IMG/VR virus record: IMGVR_UViG_2703719303_000002
Span: 39,354 to 103,353 of that record
Strand: one strand, 5' to 3'
From: a virus
Lineage: Duplodnaviria; Caudoviricetes
DNA length: 64,000 nt
The notes beneath the pieces are model-generated. The model was not told the DNA's origin. It saw nothing but the letters and a program-made list of their open reading frames with translations, and ran no database searches. The translations under genes and the position numbers were made by a program. Position 1 is the stretch's first letter, and each line of letters opens with the position of its first letter. This document shows positions 59,555 to 64,000 of this stretch, one piece after another.

Positions 59555-60628
59555 ATGAAAAATAAAAATAGAATAGTGACTTTGTTAACAGCAGTTTTAG
59601 TTATATCTGCTGTTATTTTTATGCCTTTAAATATTCATGCACAAATTTATAAAGGTGTGGATGTGTATGAGTATGATAATATTTCAAATTATCAGCAATT
59701 AAAAAGCAATGGTGTTTCTGTAGTCATTCAGAAAGCTACAGAAGGTTTGTGTCACAATGACAGTCTGTTGAATTATAGATATAATGCTATAATTCAAAAT
59801 GGTTTTAAAGTAGGGTATTATCACTTTGCAGATAATACAGGGCAACCTGTAGCTGAAGCACAACATTTTTTATCAAAAGTTCAAGGGCTTCATAGTGACA
59901 CAATATTGTGGCTTGATATAGAGAATGAATCTAATTGGACTAAATGGCAAGCAATTGATTACACAAATAAATTTATAGGTTACGTGCAATCACAAGGTTA
60001 TAGAATAGGACTTTATAGTGGACTTTCATTTTATTATGAATATCTAAAAGGTAATATTACTAATGTGCCTTTATGGTTAGCTTCATATGGTAGACAGCCT
60101 GCTCAATTTCCTAATATAGTAAGTTGGCAATATAGTGAAAATGAAAGAATAAATGGCGTTGTTGGAGATATTGATTTAGATTATTTTAATGATAGTATCT
60201 TTACGGGACAAGCACCGCGGATGGTACAATCTAACATGCAAGTCCAAACATACAACAGAATTAAAACTATACAAGCTCAATTAAATGCAGTTTTATATTC
60301 TAGCAAGCTCGTTGTAGATGGGATACAAGGTAATGCGACTACACAGCAAATTAGAGTATTTCAACAAGTCTGTGGTCTAAAAACAGATGGCATTTGGGGA
60401 CAACAATGTGTAAATGCAATACAACAGATTTATGGAAAAGATTTATGCGGCAGACCTTATATTCATAGAATACCTACTCGTATTATTCAATATAATATGG
60501 GCATACAGTTTGATGGTATATATGGACGAGATACCGCAAGTCATGTACAAGCATGGCAATCATCTCATAGTTTAAAATCAGATGGGTTGTTTGGTTCTCA
60601 ATCGTGGTTAACTTTATTGTCAAAATAA
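59555..60628 (+). CDS. GH25 muramidase endolysin with signal peptide and peptidoglycan-binding domains
   Basis: KGVDV, KATEG, GYYHF, LDIE, WQYS; DGIxG repeats. Confidence 0.92.
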   Translation: MKNKNRIVTLLTAVLVISAVIFMPLNIHAQIYKGVDVYEYDNISNYQQLKSNGVSVVIQKATEGLCHNDSLLNYRYNAIIQNGFKVGYYHFADNTGQPVAEAQHFLSKVQGLHSDTILWLDIENESNWTKWQAIDYTNKFIGYVQSQGYRIGLYSGLSFYYEYLKGNITNVPLWLASYGRQPAQFPNIVSWQYSENERINGVVGDIDLDYFNDSIFTGQAPRMVQSNMQVQTYNRIKTIQAQLNAVLYSSKLVVDGIQGNATTQQIRVFQQVCGLKTDGIWGQQCVNAIQQIYGKDLCGRPYIHRIPTRIIQYNMGIQFDGIYGRDTASHVQAWQSSHSLKSDGLFGSQSWLTLLSK

Positions 60629-60696
60629 ATAAAAATAGAGAAAATAATTCCATGCAATAAATTACATGGAATTTTATTATAAGGAGAGATGTATAA

Positions 60697-61449
60697 ATGA
60701 AAGAATTTTTACAAATTACAGGTGTAACTATTGGAGTTGTTATTTTATTTTTCTTAGCCTATTTTTTGAGATATAAGAAAGTAAATGTTAAGGCTATTTT
60801 AGAAGAAATAAAGATGCTAAGTAAAAAGGTAGATGATTTTGCTACCGCTGGTAGTAATATTAGTACAGGAAATGCTAAGACAGGTTTCAATGTCGCAAAA
60901 GTTGTAGCTGAGTATGCTTTAACTGCTGCTAATGCCGCTGAAGATAAATTTCTTAACTTAGATAATATAGCAAGTGATCCCACTGGCTCAATAAGAAGAG
61001 AAACTGCTACAAATGATATTTACGCTCTTTTAAGAGAAAGCGGTGTAACTATTACAGATGATGTTAAAACCATTGTAGAAAATGAAATTAGAAATACTGT
61101 TTTTAGTAATAAAGATATACAACAAATAAATGAAAAAGTAGATAAGCTTATAGCAGAAAAAGTATCTGCATTGCAAAAACAAGTAACTGATTTAACTTCT
61201 AAAAACACAGAAGTTAATGGTTTAGTAAATGAGCTAAAGACTAAGATAGCTCAAACTGCTAATGAAAATAATGTTTTAAATACTCAGATAAGCACTCTTA
61301 CAAATCAAAATACTATTCTAAATGAGAAAATTAAAAACATAAATAATGCAGTATCTCAAACTTCTGCGGATAACATTACGACAGGGGCTATAGATACAGC
61401 TAAAATAGCAACAGTAGGAACTATAAGTAATGGACAAATAGCGAAATAA
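60697..61449 (+). CDS. Holin-like protein (N-terminal TM, LL-H-like) with long coiled coil
   Basis: Single TM; AANAAE; follows the lysin. Confidence 0.6.
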   Translation: MKEFLQITGVTIGVVILFFLAYFLRYKKVNVKAILEEIKMLSKKVDDFATAGSNISTGNAKTGFNVAKVVAEYALTAANAAEDKFLNLDNIASDPTGSIRRETATNDIYALLRESGVTITDDVKTIVENEIRNTVFSNKDIQQINEKVDKLIAEKVSALQKQVTDLTSKNTEVNGLVNELKTKIAQTANENNVLNTQISTLTNQNTILNEKIKNINNAVSQTSADNITTGAIDTAKIATVGTISNGQIAK

Positions 61450-61452
61450 TTT

Positions 61453-61480
61453 TAGAGTAAGACTTTATCTTACTCTTTTT
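61453..61480 (+). terminator. Intrinsic terminator
   Basis: AGAGTAAGA/TCTTACTCT plus T-run. Confidence 0.7.
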
Positions 61481-61501
61481 ATAAGAGAAAGAAGGTTCTT
61501 T

Positions 61502-61777
61502 ATGATACAAACAAGTGGTTTTTATTCCTATAGGGCGACTTCAACAGCCAATCAAGAACTTTTGGATTTTTCTAAATTTACAGATTTACCTTCAGATAGT
61601 TTAAGAGCTAAAAAGATAAAGCTAGTACCAGATACTAAGTGTACTATCAGAATAAATAACCTTTCATATACGTGTGCTTTAGAAAATTCTTTTGAAACAT
61701 TAAAAGAAGATTTTTTTATAAATAGTTTAAAAATAATAGAGCCAAATGTAGGATTCTATATTCAATATTTTGTATAG
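61502..61777 (+). CDS. Hypothetical phage protein
   Basis: GAAGG RBS. Confidence 0.7.
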   Translation: MIQTSGFYSYRATSTANQELLDFSKFTDLPSDSLRAKKIKLVPDTKCTIRINNLSYTCALENSFETLKEDFFINSLKIIEPNVGFYIQYFV

Positions 61778-61780
61778 AAG

Positions 61781-62044
61781 GTGATAAGATTGAATGTAAA
61801 TATATCATATTCAAATTTTTTAACAGAGAATGGAGAACAAATTTTAAATAGTATTTCTGCTACTTTAAGTCCACAAACAGAAATGTTATTTAGCATAAAA
61901 AAGCAAAACGATAATCAATCTGAAAGCATTTGTAACATAAAGCTTGCAGATAAAATAGGAGTAAATGAGATTTCAGACAATATACAAAAACAAGATGTTA
62001 GAGAGCTTATAGAGATGTTAAAAGTAATATATAAAAATATGTAA
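61781..62044 (+). CDS. Hypothetical phage protein
   Basis: Coupled ORF. Confidence 0.7.
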   Translation: MIRLNVNISYSNFLTENGEQILNSISATLSPQTEMLFSIKKQNDNQSESICNIKLADKIGVNEISDNIQKQDVRELIEMLKVIYKNM

Positions 62045-62056
62045 GGAGATGCTTAT

Positions 62057-62518
62057 ATGAATTTCAATACAACTCAAGATGTTACAAATAATATTTTCAC
62101 AACAACTACCACTTTTGATTCTTATGGAAATCTTGCTATGACAGCCGAAGATGAGCAGGCTCTATTAAAAGATTATCCTTTAAATTTAACTTATAGCGCT
62201 ATTTCTTTTACAGGAAAGTATACTGTTAATGGAAAAGATATTGTGGAAGACGAAACTAATGGAGATACAGTTTCGCTGGTAATCCCTAATAAAATAATAC
62301 CTATTGATGAAAACTTTATAGCAAAGTATTCTATTGCAGCAGCACAAGTTTTATCAAGCGAGTTAGGCACAAAATTAACTACTCCAGAATTAGTTGCTCA
62401 AGCAAAATGTATTTTATTTAAGGATAAAGTTTTAGCTCAGATAAACACATTGTTGACCGCAGTTAGAGCAAAAGATAACAATTTTGCAAAAACTAATCCA
62501 ATAAAAACTACCATATAA
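62057..62518 (+). CDS. Hypothetical phage protein
   Basis: AAGGAG RBS; followed by a terminator hairpin at 62520-62541. Confidence 0.75.
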   Translation: MNFNTTQDVTNNIFTTTTTFDSYGNLAMTAEDEQALLKDYPLNLTYSAISFTGKYTVNGKDIVEDETNGDTVSLVIPNKIIPIDENFIAKYSIAAAQVLSSELGTKLTTPELVAQAKCILFKDKVLAQINTLLTAVRAKDNNFAKTNPIKTTI

Positions 62519-62574
62519 AAAGGGAGATTTACTTCTCCCCTATCGATTATTTTTTTAATTTTCTTCGACCTAAA

Positions 62575-62919
62575 TTAGAGAATCAAATCTTTTTTATTCC
62601 AAAAGCTTCTAGTACAATCAGAATATAAAATTTCAATATTATCTTTGTCCACTTCTATTTTTACAATATTTTCTTTAATAAATCTTTCTAAATCTTCGTA
62701 TAAAATCTGTTTTTTATGCGACTTATTTAAATGTTTACTCATATGTAATTTTACTAAACTAATAAGATCTTTCTCATGTACAACATTCCTTGGACAAAAT
62801 TTTGATCCATAATTCTTATAACCACTACATATATAAATATAAATTCCATTATCGTTTTTAAAATTAAAAAACTTACCACAATTCATACATACTATTTTTT
62901 TAGAGAATAAATGTTTCAT
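62575..62919 (-). CDS. Stand-alone serine-recombinase Zn-ribbon domain protein
   Basis: HLFSKKIVCMNCG...YICSGY...FCPRN.V.E..L...IVKIEV. Confidence 0.72.
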   Translation of the reverse strand: MKHLFSKKIVCMNCGKFFNFKNDNGIYIYICSGYKNYGSKFCPRNVVHEKDLISLVKLHMSKHLNKSHKKQILYEDLERFIKENIVKIEVDKDNIEILYSDCTRSFWNKKDLIL

Positions 62920-62999
62920 ACGATTTTCACTTCCATGATGTTATTTATTATAGATTCCTAAGATATTTTACCATAAATATATAATTAATTTCAAAATAT

Positions 63000-63034
63000 A
63001 AAAAGGCTCTTGATAATAATCTAAGAGTCTTTTA
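63000..63034. terminator. Terminator hairpin
   Basis: AAAAGGCTCTT/AAGAGTCTTTT. Confidence 0.65.
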
Positions 63035-63037
63035 TGT

Positions 63038-64000
63038 TTAATTGTTCATTACTTTACTGTCTATTGGTATAACCTTATTTTCTTTACTGAATTCCTGATT
63101 GTTATATAACTCCAATATATATTCATTACATAACTCCATTTTTATTCTTAGTAAAAATGGATCAATTACAAAGTGCTTAATTTTATTTTTTAATTCTTTA
63201 TCGTCCTTACTAATTATTTTTTCTCCATATGTAGATATATTTAATACAGAAGATATATATTTAATATTGTTTTTTCTCAATGACATGTCTAAGCATATTA
63301 TTGAACCTTCATTTTGACTAGCTTGATCCTTAACGTTTGGTAAATATTGATTTTTTTCTATAGCTTGTCTTTTATCGTGAAAAAATAAAGAATCATATTG
63401 TCCATTTATAACTTGATTTGCTGTTGATCTTACATCACTAACAATATTATTAATTTCACAACTATTCGTATTCCTATAATATTTACATTCCCATTTATTC
63501 CAAAAGTCAAATTTTTGGAATATACTTATCTCTATATTATCCCTTCCTATACCTGTTACATAGTTTAAACAAATCTCTAATTCTTTTAATAGTTCTTTTA
63601 TTTGTATTTCTGGTTTCATTGTATCACGAATAATATTGGGTAATTTTTCTTTTTGTGAACTTTTTTCTATATATTCGATTAAGTTATGAAACTTATTATT
63701 GCATACAGAAGTTGTGCTAGAAGCAACATTCTGAAGTATATTTTGGGTTTCACTTTTTTTGCTATTCATATGACAATCGCAATAGCTTTTAATAACGCCA
63801 TACGCAAAAGTAAAAAATATAAATATACTAAACAATATACCACCCAAAAAAGTTAAATCATCTTGTTTATTTACTAATCCTATATTTTTACCAATTACTT
63901 TAATAGCCAAAAAAAATATGGAAGGAATAACTGTTAAGCTGCAATTCAGCCAAAAATTTTTTAATATCTTATTATATATTTTATTTATCATCATACCCAT
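63038..64000 (-). CDS. Two-TM membrane protein with soluble C-terminal domain (accessory gene; start at the window edge)
   Basis: 320-aa ORF, two hydrophobic helices. Confidence 0.75.
   Translation of the reverse strand: MGMMINKIYNKILKNFWLNCSLTVIPSIFFLAIKVIGKNIGLVNKQDDLTFLGGILFSIFIFFTFAYGVIKSYCDCHMNSKKSETQNILQNVASSTTSVCNNKFHNLIEYIEKSSQKEKLPNIIRDTMKPEIQIKELLKELEICLNYVTGIGRDNIEISIFQKFDFWNKWECKYYRNTNSCEINNIVSDVRSTANQVINGQYDSLFFHDKRQAIEKNQYLPNVKDQASQNEGSIICLDMSLRKNNIKYISSVLNISTYGEKIISKDDKELKNKIKHFVIDPFLLRIKMELCNEYILELYNNQEFSKENKVIPIDSKVMNN

Larger units (their letters stand above)
1..64000. mobile_element. SPbeta-like temperate phage/prophage of a low-GC Firmicute (Clostridium-like); both ends probably lie outside the window
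   Basis: Gene order YonO-like RNAP, yonK, yonJ-like, terminase, portal, capsid, tail, TMP, fibre, integrase, lysis; divergent early arm; no obvious host housekeeping genes. Confidence 0.93.

Noticed and set aside
1-64000. attL/attR or prophage boundary
   Set aside because: No host genes or boundary direct repeats identifiable within the window

Overview
This is very AT-rich, Clostridium-like DNA. The whole window is part of a large SPbeta-like temperate siphophage (prophage or phage-plasmid) with two divergent arms that meet in a ~2.3 kb non-coding region (18.1-20.5 kb). The left arm (minus strand) is an array of small early/accessory genes, some pseudogenised. It includes a ParM/ParR-like pair and a cluster of DUF262 protein, intact Xer-type recombinase and catalytically dead recombinase-fold protein, resembling the SPbeta lysogeny (sro/MrpR) operon. 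The right arm (plus strand) encodes a putative initiator, RecD2 and UvrD helicases, a YonO-like single-subunit RNA polymerase, yonK/yonJ-like genes, terminase, portal, head, tail (with a -1 frameshift chaperone), tape measure, baseplate, fibre, an integrase pair and lysis genes. The main unexplained structures are: (1) an 18-bp box (consensus ACTTATRRCAVTTAGYAT) found 16 times by eye, 15 of them co-oriented with local transcription, several inside sigmaA promoters, and twice around the promoter of the dead-recombinase gene, which suggests a phage-wide master-repressor regulon; (2) a ~240-nt multibranch structured RNA right after the RNAP gene; (3) two near-identical inverted duplications linking the arms; (4) apparent ACG and ATA start codons; (5) a degenerate tRNA-Tyr. 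All family calls come from motif recognition by eye; no searches were run.
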